Shown in pieces: positions 11,301 to 21,279 of a stretch of 53,610 nt of DNA. How positions within the stretch are numbered: position 1 is the stretch's first letter; every line of letters begins with the position of its first letter. Origin of the DNA: Snowella sp. (GTDB taxonomy: Bacteria; Cyanobacteriota; Cyanobacteriia; Cyanobacteriales; Microcystaceae); contig JAYKGY010000062.1 in the NCBI GenBank assembly GCA_035285545.1, positions 1 through 53,610 of the forward strand, in the 5' to 3' direction. The notes below the pieces were generated by a model. That model was not told where the DNA came from, made no database searches, and was given only the letters and a program-made list of their open reading frames with translations. Both the position numbers and the translations under genes were made by a program.

Positions 11301-11479
11301 GATGAAAAATCGACAGAAGGACATTGCAGACCTTGATCCACCGTATCACGTTACTCGACTTCCGTTGGGCTTGCTTTACATTTCACAAAATTTATTTCGG
11401 ATTTTCTGTAACCTTGGACTTAATTAATGACATTAATGACATACCCGGATTAGCGAGTTCAAAAAATTTTTTAAAGGGC

Positions 11480-11507
11480 TTGTATAAAACAATACTTATG
11501 CTATGAT
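11480..11507 (+). promoter_or_regulatory. Putative sigma70 promoter of tRNA-Leu, overlapped by GTA-N8-TAC
   Basis: TTGTAT-16 nt-TATGAT with TG extended -10; GTATAAAACAATAC at 11482-11495. Confidence 0.45.
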
Positions 11508-11553
11508 GATTAATCGTCGGTTAAAGATGAAATGCCGATGAATCCCAGATGCT

Positions 11554-11639
11554 GGGGGTGTGGCGGAATGGTAGACGCTGCGGACTTAAAATCCGTTGAG
11601 CCTTATAAGCTCGTGAGAGTTCAAGTCTCTCCACCCCCA
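11554..11639 (+). tRNA. trnL: tRNA-Leu(UAA), intron-less
   Basis: Acceptor stem GGGGGTG/CACCCCC, D arm GGCGGAATGGTAGACGC, anticodon loop CTTAAAA, long variable arm, GTTCAAGT T loop. Confidence 0.96.
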
Positions 11640-14600
11640 TTCAAATGATTGCTCTCAATGCTCCCTTCGGCTTGGTGGACGATTTCTCGTAATTGATCCA
11701 GTATTTGAGAATTCGGCGATCGCCACAGCCCCCGTTGACTGGCTTCTAATAATCGTTCTGCCATATCCCGTAAGGCCCACGGGTTTTTAGATTGAATAAA
11801 GGCTTGTACTTTTTCGTCTAACACATAGGCTTCGGCTACCCCTTGATAGATAAAATCTTCCACACAATGGGTAGTGGCATCGTAGGCAAATAAATAATCG
11901 ACCGTTGCTGCCATTTCAAACGCGCCTTTATAACCGTGTCGCATGACTCCTTCGATCCATTTGGGGTTAATCACCCGCGATCGATAGACTTTTTTAATTT
12001 CTTCGGTTAATAACTTAACTTTAGGATTTTCAGGAATGGCATTATCCCCAAAATACAGCGTCGGATTTTTGCCCGTTAAGGCCCGCACCGCGACACTTAA
12101 CCCACCTTGAAATTGATAGTAATCATCGGAATCGAGCAAGTCATGTTCCCGATTATCCTGATTATGGAGGACAATATCTAACTGTTTTAAGCGTTCTTCA
12201 AATACCTCTGGAACACCGTGACCGATACCGTTTTGATCATAGGCATAGCAACTCCAATTGATATAAGCTTTGGCTAAATCCTGATCGGTCTGCCAATTTT
12301 GAGATTCAATTAAGCCCTGCAATCCTGCCCCGTATGCCCCTGGTTTTGATCCGAAGATTCGGTAGCTGGCTCGTTTCTCCGCTTGTTCTACGGATAACCC
12401 CTGGGTTTGCCAAAATTGAGTTTCTTGTTGAACTTTGGCCGCTAAGGGGTTTAATTCTGGCTCTTCGTCTAAATCAGAAACGGCTTGAATGGCACTATTT
12501 AATAACTGCAATAAATTGGGAAAGCTATCCCGAAAAAATCCTGAAATTCGCACGGTCACATCAACTCTCGGTCGTCCTAAGGCTGAAACCGGCAAAATTT
12601 CAAAGTCCACCACTCGCCGCGAGGGGCCATCCCAGATCGGTCGAACTCCCAATAGAGCCAGCACTTGCGCCAAATCATCCCCCCCTGTCCGCATAGTGGA
12701 AGTTCCCCAAATGGAAATGGCTAGGGTTTTGGGATAATCACCGTGATCCTGAGTATAGCGTTCGACTAAGGCTTCGGCGGCTTTTCGACCTACATCCCAG
12801 GCGGTTTCGGTGGGAATAGCACGAATATCGACAGAATAAAAGTTTCGGCCTGTGGGTAACACTTCTGGACGGCCTCTTGTGGGTGCGCCCGATGCGCCAC
12901 TGGGAACATATTCTCCGTTTAAGCCTTTGAGTAAGTTAGTAATTTCTTGGGTCGTTTGCTGAAGAGAGGGTAACAGGCTGGTTTGAATCCATTGCAAAAT
13001 TTTTTGCGTTTCGAGGAGATTGATCCCCCCTAGCCCCCCTTGATAAGGGGGGAAATAAAAATTCGTATAGTTTTTATTAAGTAAGGTTTCAATTAACTGG
13101 TGGCTATAGTCTTCTAAAACTGCGATCGCGTCTCCTACGATCCGAGCTTTTTGGAGGGGTTCTGCTAGTTCCGTAACGTGAATATCAGGGTAAATGAAGG
13201 GATCATTAAAGGGTGTCGTTAGGGGATTAAAATCGAGGTCTAAATCCTGTGCTAATGCCTGAGTTAACCCTAATCGGTTCAACCCTGGGGAACGGGCGAT
13301 CGCGAGAATTAAATCTCTGAGTTGTTGACCCTGGGGACATTCTCCAAAAATATGTAAACCGTCACGGATCTGGGCTTCTTTTAATTCACAGAGATAACCA
13401 TCGGCAATATTCAGAAATTGGATAATACTTTCTTTTTGGTTAATATCGATTCCTAAATCTTGGTGTAAGTCGGTTTTAGTGATTAATTCCGTTAGGCGAT
13501 CGCTGATGGGTTTTAAGCGGGTGGGATCAAGCGATTGAGCTTCGTAATATTCATCAATTAAGTTTTCCAATTTTTGTAAATCCCCATAAAGTTCAGCACG
13601 GGTTAAAGGCGGCGTTAAATGATCTAAAATGACCGCATGGGAACGGCGTTTTGCTTGGGAGCCTTCCCCTGGATCATTGACAATAAAGGGGTAAAAATTA
13701 GGAATAGAATTTAAGGCAATTTCGGGATAACACTGATTGGATAGGGCTAAACTTTTTCCGGGTAACCATTCTAAATTACCGTGTTTTCCTAAATGGATAA
13801 TCGCTAAGGTTTTAAACTTTTCCCGTAACCAATAATAAAAGGCTAAATATTCAGGGGTTGGTTCTAAATCGGGCGCATGGTAATTCAAACCGGGATCAAT
13901 ATCGTAACCCCGTGACGGTTGAATACCGATGAAAATATTACCGCATTGAATACCTGCAATCGGAAGTTCGGTTAATTGTTCAGTAAAAATTTTATCTTTA
14001 AAATAATCTTGCCAACGTTCATTAATGGCGGCTTGAACTGTAAGGGGCAAACTTTCAAAATAACGGTGATATTCATTTAACGATAAAGATTGATTAACTT
14101 GACGCAATTCTCGACTTTCTAAGTCATTGGTTACGCCTTGAGTTAAACGTTCGATTAATTCCTCAGGGCTTTTGGGTTCATTTTCTAAATAATATCCTGC
14201 TGCTTTTAAGGCTTCCAAAATTTTGATGCAACTTGCGGGCGTATCTAACCCCACGCCATTGGCTAAACGGCCATCTTTATTAGGATAATTGGCTAAAATA
14301 ATGGCAATTTTTTTATCTTGTATAGGCGTATTTTTTAAAGTACATAAATTAGCGGTTAAATCAGCAACAAAATTTACCCGATCGCGTTGAGGTTGGTAAC
14401 TAACAACATGGGTTTCTAAATACTCGTTCCAAGTCGCGATCGCTTTAAAAGAAATAGCTCTGGTAATAATCCGTCCATCTACTTCGGGTAGGGCAACATT
14501 CATGGCCACATCGCGGGGACTTAAACCTTGAAACGAATTTTCCCATTGTTCTACAGTCCCACTACTAAAAATAACTTGTAGGATAGGAAGATTTAACTGT

Positions 14601-15544
14601 TTCCAAAGGGCTAAATTATCATCTGTTTCCCCTTCTGCTTGGATTTTTGCTAAGGAAAAACTGGTGGTATTTAATAAAACCTGAATACTGGAATTATGAT
14701 TAACTTGAAAATAATTGATTAATTCTTCTTGAACTTCAATATCGCGGAGTGAAGAAATAAAAATGGGGACAGGAATTAAATTTCTTTCGATCAAAGCTTG
14801 ACATAACGCATCAATGGGTAAAGTGTTCCCCGCTAAATAATGCGATCGATAAAATAAAATACCAACTTTAACTTGCGAGCTATCTTGTTCTGATTTTCCT
14901 TTTAAATCTTGCTTAATCGGGTTATTTAAGGAATAACTGATATCGGGAAGAGATGGAGAATTTAAACTATTTTCAGGTTGTTTTTGTTTATTTCTAAAAG
15001 CATAAATACCTACTTTTGGAACAACTTGTGGTGGTAAAAAAAGATGCTCCGTTTTAAGACAATAATTGCTAAGATATTTCAATCCATTAATCCAATTTTC
15101 AATGCCGCCTTCGGTGAAGTATTGCCAAACTTGATGGACAATTTTTAGGGGAACGGTAGAGTGGCTCATCAACTCTGGATCGGGTCGATCATCGCCTGGT
15201 AGCACTAGCAATGCAATTTCCTGATTTTTAGCTATTTCTTTTAATATTTCTAGCCCATACAACCAATAGGAACGTCCGCCGAGTAATCGCAAAATAATGA
15301 CCTTAGATTGAGACAGCACCTTATCCGCGTAGTCATCAATACTCAGGGGTTGTTGCAGGTTTAATAGGTGAACTGAACGAATAGTGGGAAAATCAGACGG
15401 AAGATGGGGAATAGTCGCTGCTAAACATTGAATATCTGTGTCGGCTGCGGTCAGAATAACGATTTCCCCCGGATTTTGTTCAATAAAAATTACACCATCA
15501 GTCTCAGGTGTCCAGCCACCAGGGGTCGCGGTGAGTCGGTGCAT
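11621..15544 (-). CDS. cobN: Cobaltochelatase subunit CobN
   Basis: MHRLTATPGGW, HLGKHGNLEWLPGK, LPTGRNFY, WIEGVMRHGYKG. Confidence 0.95.
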   Translation of the reverse strand: MHRLTATPGGWTPETDGVIFIEQNPGEIVILTAADTDIQCLAATIPHLPSDFPTIRSVHLLNLQQPLSIDDYADKVLSQSKVIILRLLGGRSYWLYGLEILKEIAKNQEIALLVLPGDDRPDPELMSHSTVPLKIVHQVWQYFTEGGIENWINGLKYLSNYCLKTEHLFLPPQVVPKVGIYAFRNKQKQPENSLNSPSLPDISYSLNNPIKQDLKGKSEQDSSQVKVGILFYRSHYLAGNTLPIDALCQALIERNLIPVPIFISSLRDIEVQEELINYFQVNHNSSIQVLLNTTSFSLAKIQAEGETDDNLALWKQLNLPILQVIFSSGTVEQWENSFQGLSPRDVAMNVALPEVDGRIITRAISFKAIATWNEYLETHVVSYQPQRDRVNFVADLTANLCTLKNTPIQDKKIAIILANYPNKDGRLANGVGLDTPASCIKILEALKAAGYYLENEPKSPEELIERLTQGVTNDLESRELRQVNQSLSLNEYHRYFESLPLTVQAAINERWQDYFKDKIFTEQLTELPIAGIQCGNIFIGIQPSRGYDIDPGLNYHAPDLEPTPEYLAFYYWLREKFKTLAIIHLGKHGNLEWLPGKSLALSNQCYPEIALNSIPNFYPFIVNDPGEGSQAKRRSHAVILDHLTPPLTRAELYGDLQKLENLIDEYYEAQSLDPTRLKPISDRLTELITKTDLHQDLGIDINQKESIIQFLNIADGYLCELKEAQIRDGLHIFGECPQGQQLRDLILAIARSPGLNRLGLTQALAQDLDLDFNPLTTPFNDPFIYPDIHVTELAEPLQKARIVGDAIAVLEDYSHQLIETLLNKNYTNFYFPPYQGGLGGINLLETQKILQWIQTSLLPSLQQTTQEITNLLKGLNGEYVPSGASGAPTRGRPEVLPTGRNFYSVDIRAIPTETAWDVGRKAAEALVERYTQDHGDYPKTLAISIWGTSTMRTGGDDLAQVLALLGVRPIWDGPSRRVVDFEILPVSALGRPRVDVTVRISGFFRDSFPNLLQLLNSAIQAVSDLDEEPELNPLAAKVQQETQFWQTQGLSVEQAEKRASYRIFGSKPGAYGAGLQGLIESQNWQTDQDLAKAYINWSCYAYDQNGIGHGVPEVFEERLKQLDIVLHNQDNREHDLLDSDDYYQFQGGLSVAVRALTGKNPTLYFGDNAIPENPKVKLLTEEIKKVYRSRVINPKWIEGVMRHGYKGAFEMAATVDYLFAYDATTHCVEDFIYQGVAEAYVLDEKVQAFIQSKNPWALRDMAERLLEASQRGLWRSPNSQILDQLREIVHQAEGSIESNHLNGGGET
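13022..13052. repeat. GC-rich palindromic dispersed-repeat-like element in frame inside cobN
   Basis: GATCCCCCCTAGCCCCCCTTGATAAGGGGGG (hairpin CCCCCCTT-GAT-AAGGGGGG), encodes PPYQGGLGGI. Confidence 0.7.
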
Positions 15545-15648
15545 CCAAACTCCTTTTCTTTAGAAATGCTTAGGTTTTAGGGAAAACAGACGAAGAGTAT
15601 TCATCATAGAAATAACAGTGTTCCTGTAGTATCTACTCTGGGAAGATA

Positions 15649-17928
15649 ATGACTCCAGTTACTTCTACCATCTTGCGTCGAGTCCTATCGGATGTAGTCT
15701 TTGAGAAACTCGTTTCTTATTGGCAGGAATTGGCGAAGACCAATAGTAATAATACCATTCTTTTAACGGATGAGATTGGGATTGATGATCTGATAAATTA
15801 TCCCTTTCAAGTTAAACGCGATCGCTTCTCCCTTTTACTTTCTCCCCAGGGAAACGCTCTCCTACGAGGTCAACCTTTAACATCAGGTTATGATGTGAGT
15901 ATCATTGTTGATAATCAATTAATCACAGAGTTTTTAACCGAAATTGAGTGTTCAGATCAGATTAATTTAAAACAGCCAATCATCTCAGAACAACAATCTC
16001 ATTTTCAAGATCAGCTATTGCTTAAAGTCGTCGATATTATTCTGCCAGAATCCCTCAAGAAAGAAGCTTTTTTTCACACAGAAGCAATTAATAAAAACTC
16101 TAATTCTATTGCGATCGAGGCTGCTCTTTATCAACAAATTGCTCAGGAAAGATTATTAAGCCAAGTTATTGCACAAATTCGCCAAAGTCTAGAAGTTTCA
16201 ACGATTTTAGAGACTGCTGTGACTGAGGTTCGGCGTTTTCTGCAAGTTGATCGGTTAGTAATTTATCAATTCTCTGAACCCCATTTAACTCCGTTTCAAA
16301 GTGTCAATAGTAGAACCATTTATGGAGAAGTCACCTACGAATCGAGAATTTCTAATGCTATTCCATCCCTTCTACATTTAGTGACTGAAAATGATTGTTT
16401 TACTCAGGTTCCCCATTATCAAGAAAAATATTTAAATGGTCAAGTGGTTGCCATTGATCAAGTTGGAACGGCTTATTCTTCTTCCTTTTGCTTAGTAGAT
16501 CTATTACAAAAATATCAAATTGAAGCAAAATTAATTGCACCTATTTTAGTAAAAGGAAAGGTCTGGGGATTACTCATCGCTCATCAATGTTCCCATCAAC
16601 GCCAATGGCAAAAAAATGAAATTAGTTTTTTAGGACAAATTGGAGAACATTTAGCCGTTGCGATTTACCAAGCCCAACTTTATGCAGAAGTTCAGCATCA
16701 AAAAAATACCTTTGAGAAGCGTGTTGTTGAACGGACTCAAGATCTCCGAGATGCCCTACTAGCGGCCCAAGCCGCAAGCCATTTGAAGAGTGAATTTTTA
16801 GATAATATTAGCCATGAACTCCGTACCCCTTTAACCTGTGTAATTGGTTTATCAGGAACCCTACTCCATTGGTTTGAGCAGGAAAGATCCTTGTCATTAC
16901 AAAAACAACAAGCTTACTTGAAAATGATTCAAGATAGCGGCAAAAAATTAATGGGATTAATTAATGACATTATTGAACTTTCTCAACTAGAATCTGGTAA
17001 AGCCGCCCTCAATTTTCAAATTTTTTCAGTTTATAATTTGGCTCAAACAATTTTAGAACGTTTACAAGGGGAGGCTCAAAGTAAACAAATTCATTTGCAA
17101 CTTGATTTTCAAATGGATCTTAAGCATGATCAATTATGTGCTGATCCGGAGCGTATCCAACAAATTCTGTTGCATCTATTAGGTAATGGTCTTAAATTTA
17201 CCCCTGAACGGGGGAGTGTTATTTTGAGGATTTGGGAAGAAAAAAAACAAATTATTTTTCAGGTAGAGGATACGGGAGTTGGTATTGAGCAAGACCAATT
17301 TATTTTCTTATTTGAAGCCTTTAAACAATTGGATAGTACTCGTCAACGGAGTTATGAGGGAAGTGGTTTAGGATTAGCGTTAACGAAACAATTAGTCGAA
17401 TTACACGGTGGGAGTATTGACGTTGAATCGATTAAAGGAAAAGGATCTATTTTTACCATCTTTATTCCTGTTCAAAGTGTCGATAAAATCAGTGAACTTG
17501 TTCCTGTCTCCCTTGAGCCTGAAACGCCAACATTATTTAATTCAGGGGTTGTGGTATTAGAACGAAATGAAGAGGTTGCAACCCTGATTTGTGAGCTATT
17601 AACGGCGGCCGATTATCAGGTGATCTGGTTGATTGATAGTTCAATTGCGATTAAGCAAATTGAGTTATTACAACCGGGTATTGTTTTAATCGATCGCGAT
17701 TTTGAAGATGTGAAAATAATGAGTAAAATTCTCAAGCGATCGCAGTATCTTAAATCGATTAAAATAGTTGTTTTAAATGACAATCTCCCTCTAGAAGAAG
17801 AACAAGCTTATTTAGCTAGTGGCGTTGATGCTTTTTTGCCTAAACCGCTACAACCCGATGCTCTTTTACAGCAGCTAAATACATTGATTAATCATGACGC
17901 TGAGGGACTAACGGAGACGACAAACTAA
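15649..17928 (+). CDS. cikA: Circadian input kinase A-like GAF-histidine kinase-receiver protein
   Basis: GAF (DCF..SFCLVDLL), SHELRTPLTCVIGLS H-box, HATPase, C-terminal ATLICELLTAADYQVIWLID receiver-like domain; divergent from cobN. Confidence 0.88.
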   Translation: MTPVTSTILRRVLSDVVFEKLVSYWQELAKTNSNNTILLTDEIGIDDLINYPFQVKRDRFSLLLSPQGNALLRGQPLTSGYDVSIIVDNQLITEFLTEIECSDQINLKQPIISEQQSHFQDQLLLKVVDIILPESLKKEAFFHTEAINKNSNSIAIEAALYQQIAQERLLSQVIAQIRQSLEVSTILETAVTEVRRFLQVDRLVIYQFSEPHLTPFQSVNSRTIYGEVTYESRISNAIPSLLHLVTENDCFTQVPHYQEKYLNGQVVAIDQVGTAYSSSFCLVDLLQKYQIEAKLIAPILVKGKVWGLLIAHQCSHQRQWQKNEISFLGQIGEHLAVAIYQAQLYAEVQHQKNTFEKRVVERTQDLRDALLAAQAASHLKSEFLDNISHELRTPLTCVIGLSGTLLHWFEQERSLSLQKQQAYLKMIQDSGKKLMGLINDIIELSQLESGKAALNFQIFSVYNLAQTILERLQGEAQSKQIHLQLDFQMDLKHDQLCADPERIQQILLHLLGNGLKFTPERGSVILRIWEEKKQIIFQVEDTGVGIEQDQFIFLFEAFKQLDSTRQRSYEGSGLGLALTKQLVELHGGSIDVESIKGKGSIFTIFIPVQSVDKISELVPVSLEPETPTLFNSGVVVLERNEEVATLICELLTAADYQVIWLIDSSIAIKQIELLQPGIVLIDRDFEDVKIMSKILKRSQYLKSIKIVVLNDNLPLEEEQAYLASGVDAFLPKPLQPDALLQQLNTLINHDAEGLTETTN

Positions 17929-18022
17929 GGGAGATTTGATAAAATACCAGCAATTATCCCGCTAAGTTTAAGGCTGCAAGCATTTTAAAACAATTATTTT
18001 AAAAAAATAAACTCAAAAATCA

Positions 18023-18574
18023 ATGTATTCTGACTATTCTGATTCCCCACCGGAAAGGCGTTTTCCCAAAGTCCCGCTAGACCGACGAGCCTATGCCTTT
18101 TTGTTAGATTTTGTCTCAGTTTGGCTATTAAGTTCCTTTGCATCAGGATTTTTACAAATCATCATTTTTTTAGGCTGTTGGTTTGGTTTGCGGGTGGTGT
18201 TAGTCGAAGTTAATCAGGGTCAAAGTTTAGGTACTTGGGCGTTTGATACGAAAGTGATCGATCTCCGCTTACGGCGAATCCCCGGTATTGTTGAATTATC
18301 GAAGCGGGAAGGCATTTTAGGGGGTGCCTCTTTACTCGCCATGATCGGACTGAATATTAATTTTATGAATGCAATTTCCATGCTGCTATTGGTGGCTCCC
18401 CTTGCCTTCGATTGTGGATTAGCCATTGGAGATGAAGCCTTACATCAAGCCTTCCACGATCGCGTAGCAGGAACAGCCATGATGCGGGCAAAACGGGGAT
18501 TTTCTTTAGATCTGCGTTTAAAAAGATTATGGTATGAAATAAAACGCCAATTGGATCAGCGAAGACAACGATAA
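18023..18574 (+). CDS. RDD family membrane protein
   Basis: RRAYAFLLD, GQSLG, QAFHDRVAGT. Confidence 0.85.
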   Translation: MYSDYSDSPPERRFPKVPLDRRAYAFLLDFVSVWLLSSFASGFLQIIIFLGCWFGLRVVLVEVNQGQSLGTWAFDTKVIDLRLRRIPGIVELSKREGILGGASLLAMIGLNINFMNAISMLLLVAPLAFDCGLAIGDEALHQAFHDRVAGTAMMRAKRGFSLDLRLKRLWYEIKRQLDQRRQR

Positions 18575-18828
18575 CCCGATTCATTTTGATGATTGATTTA
18601 TTTAAATCGTAAAGATTGCTTAAAAAGCGGATTAATTGATTGCTTAATTGGCCTATCACAAAACGTAAAGATTTGTAATAGTAACGAAGGGATGATAGCC
18701 GAGAGTAAGAAAAAAACTGGTAGAATTTGGCATTAAGTAAACTGGATAACCTGTTGATTGTTTTCTTTTCGGGAAAACGAAAAATCGGTTTTTTTTGAAA
18801 TACGGACTTATTCAAGGAATAAACATCT

Positions 18829-19059
18829 ATGGCTATCAAACGTGGAGACATCGTTAGAATCAAACGTCCCGAATCCTATTGGTACGGTGATGTGGGAACT
18901 GTAGCAACAGTTGAAAAAAGCGGTATTCTCTATCCAGTGATCGTTCGTTTTGACCGCGTTAACTATAACGGGTTTAGTGGCAGTGCAACGGGCATCAACA
19001 CCAATAACTTTGCTGAAAGTGAATTGGAATTGGTTAAAGCCGCACCCGCAAAAGGTTAA
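18829..19059 (+). CDS. psaE: Photosystem I subunit IV
   Basis: [33 protein letters not shown]. Confidence 0.97.
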   Translation: MAIKRGDIVRIKRPESYWYGDVGTVATVEKSGILYPVIVRFDRVNYNGFSGSATGINTNNFAESELELVKAAPAKG

Positions 19060-19071
19060 TTAACCGTTAAG

Positions 19072-19103
19072 ATTGGCAAGGAGTATTCCTTGTTGATTTT
19101 TTT
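19072..19103 (+). terminator. Rho-independent terminator after psaE
   Basis: ATTGGCAAGGA-GTAT-TCCTTGTTGAT followed by a T run. Confidence 0.65.
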
Positions 19104-19114
19104 ATTAGCCGATT

Positions 19115-19963
19115 GTGCCAGAGTTACCTGAAGTTGAAACGGTTTGTCGGGGTCTTAATCGTTTGGCCTCGAATCAAGTCATTAAAGGGGGAGAGGTGTT
19201 GCTCCATCGCACGCTGGCTTACCCCTTTTCTGTTGAGGATTTTTGGCAGCAGCTACAGGGTGTTAAGATTCAAGTTTGGCAACGACGAGGCAAGTATTTA
19301 TTCGCTAAGTTAGAAAACGCAACGGGACAGTCGGCTGGTTTTCTGGGGGTTCATCTGCGGATGACAGGGCAATTACTTTGGGTTAACGCCACCGAACCGC
19401 GATCGCCTCATACTCGTATCGTGTTTGCCTGTGAGAATGGGAAAGAGTTACGCTTTGTCGATATTCGCACCTTTGGGAAAATTTGGGCAATTCCGCCGAA
19501 TGTTAAACCTGAAGCCATTATGACGGGGTTGCAGAACTTAGGCCCAGAACCTTTTGCTTCTGAATTTACAGTTGAGTATTTACAACAAAAGTTAGCCAAA
19601 AGTCAGCGATCGCTTAAAACTGCCCTACTGGATCAACGAGTAGTCGCAGGATTGGGGAATATTTACGCCGATGAAGTGTTATTTAAATCCGGCATTCACC
19701 CCACAACCTTAGGGAGTCAGTTAACTTCAACTCAGGTTGAAAAGCTACATGCGATGATTATTGAAGTCTTGAAAACTGCGATCGCGTCTGGGGGAACAAC
19801 CTTTAGTGATTTTCGAGATGTGACGGGACTTAATGGAAACTATGGCGGCGTTGCCTGGGTTTACGGTCGGCGCAATGAACCCTGTCGAGTTTGTGGAACC
19901 CAGATTGAACGAATTAAATTAGTAGGACGATCCAGCCATTTTTGCCCGCAATGCCAGAGATAG
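19115..19963 (+). CDS. mutM: Formamidopyrimidine-DNA glycosylase
   Basis: PELPEVE N-terminus, HLRMTG, GNIYADE, C-terminal zinc finger. Confidence 0.97.
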   Translation: MPELPEVETVCRGLNRLASNQVIKGGEVLLHRTLAYPFSVEDFWQQLQGVKIQVWQRRGKYLFAKLENATGQSAGFLGVHLRMTGQLLWVNATEPRSPHTRIVFACENGKELRFVDIRTFGKIWAIPPNVKPEAIMTGLQNLGPEPFASEFTVEYLQQKLAKSQRSLKTALLDQRVVAGLGNIYADEVLFKSGIHPTTLGSQLTSTQVEKLHAMIIEVLKTAIASGGTTFSDFRDVTGLNGNYGGVAWVYGRRNEPCRVCGTQIERIKLVGRSSHFCPQCQR

Positions 19964-20072
19964 ATTATATTTACAGGTAGTGATATATAGAGGAGGCTTA
20001 AACCTTTGCTAATCAGGAATTGTCGTCGTGTATCAAGTCCCAAATTGCTCCAATATAATTCTCCAAACTTTT

Positions 20073-20438
20073 ACGCGATGTGCAACTAAGAAAAAATCTC
20101 ACAGCTAAAAGGCTATATCTCGCAAGCTCTCAAAACAGAACTGAGTCAGTACCATATTCAACTTGAAACTACTTTACGGGAAAATATGACTGATTTACGA
20201 CCTCAAGCATGGGTTAAATTATTCAATCGAGTCCGTCGTTTGATTGAGACGGTAATTGGTCAGTTAGCTGGACGATTTCATTTTGAGAGGATTTGGGCTA
20301 GAGATACTCGGCATCTCACCAGTCGGATTAATCGTAAACTCTTGGCTCATACGGTTTGTTATTGGCTTAATCGTCACTCTCCTGATCCCTTGCAATTTGA
20401 CAATTTAGTTTCCGTTTAGTTTTAGTTGCACACCGCGT
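20073..20438 (+). mobile_element. Internally deleted IS982-family element (366 bp, both TIRs retained)
   Basis: TIRs ACGCGATGTGCAACTAA / TTAGTTGCACACCGCGT (16/17 match); contains only the transposase C-terminus KGYISQ..RENM..RRLIETVIGQL. Confidence 0.85.
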
Positions 20439-20464
20439 TAATTAATATATTTTGCCTTTACCCA

Positions 20465-20680
20465 ATGAATAGCAAAGATTTAGCCCGTTATATTGAAGCG
20501 ACTGATGGAATTTCTAAACCCTGGTTACTCAATCTCTTGCGGATGCAGATGCTGAAGGAAAATCGAGAAAATTTATCGCCAGAGGAATATGAAGCTAATA
20601 TTGAAGAATTACACCAATCTTTGATGAATTTAGGAGAATGGTGGGTTGGCATGGAAGATGAGGTATTTGGCCCTCAATAG
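20465..20680 (+). CDS. Small conserved cyanobacterial hypothetical protein
   Basis: MNSKDLARYIEATDGISKPWLL..LMNLGEWWVGMEDEVF; ATG at 20465. Confidence 0.75.
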   Translation: MNSKDLARYIEATDGISKPWLLNLLRMQMLKENRENLSPEEYEANIEELHQSLMNLGEWWVGMEDEVFGPQ

Positions 20681-20801
20681 ATTTCTCGGTTTTGCAGTGA
20701 AGAATTCAAGAAATCTAAGATGAGTCGCAGGAAATTATATAAAAATCAAAAAAGTTAGACGAAATAGAGAAATTTGATTAAAGTCCCTATTTCTTCTTTT
20801 T

Positions 20802-21026
20802 TTATTCAAGAATTTCTAGTTCATCTTCTCGAAAATGCCCCCGAAAAGGCTTGGTAAATTTAACTAAAATAGGAAGGTTGGCACTAATAGGTCTTCCCTG
20901 CCAATCATTAAGAATTGCAATGATTTCGCCTTCCATCCCGTGGATATCAAAGGGTTGCTGTCTATGATCGGGATGGTGGTAAACAATGATCGAAGTTTTT
21001 ACACGGACGCGATCGCCAACTTTCAT
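20802..21026 (-). CDS. ftrV: Ferredoxin-thioredoxin reductase variable chain
   Basis: MKVGDRVRV..YHHP..GRPISANLP..HFREDELE. Confidence 0.93.
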   Translation of the reverse strand: MKVGDRVRVKTSIIVYHHPDHRQQPFDIHGMEGEIIAILNDWQGRPISANLPILVKFTKPFRGHFREDELEILE

Positions 21027-21279
21027 AGTGTTTTTACTCTCTTATCTCCTCGTCGGTCTAAAAATCCGATTCAAGGATTCCTAAACGAACAATCTTATTA
21101 TTTTGGCATAGGATAGGCCCTATCAATCAAGTTGCAAGGTTTCTTCGTAATCGGGTGACGAGGGACAAAGGCATAAAAAATAAACAGGCGTTAAATTCCG
21201 CAGTTCTTTCTCAAGCTAGATTTAATCCAATGACACGATACTACGATGAGTCTTAGAGAGCTATGTAATTAATTGCGGT

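Noticed and set aside
18363..18863. 166-aa minus-strand ORF
   Set aside because: Antisense to the RDD gene and psaE, with no recognisable motifs
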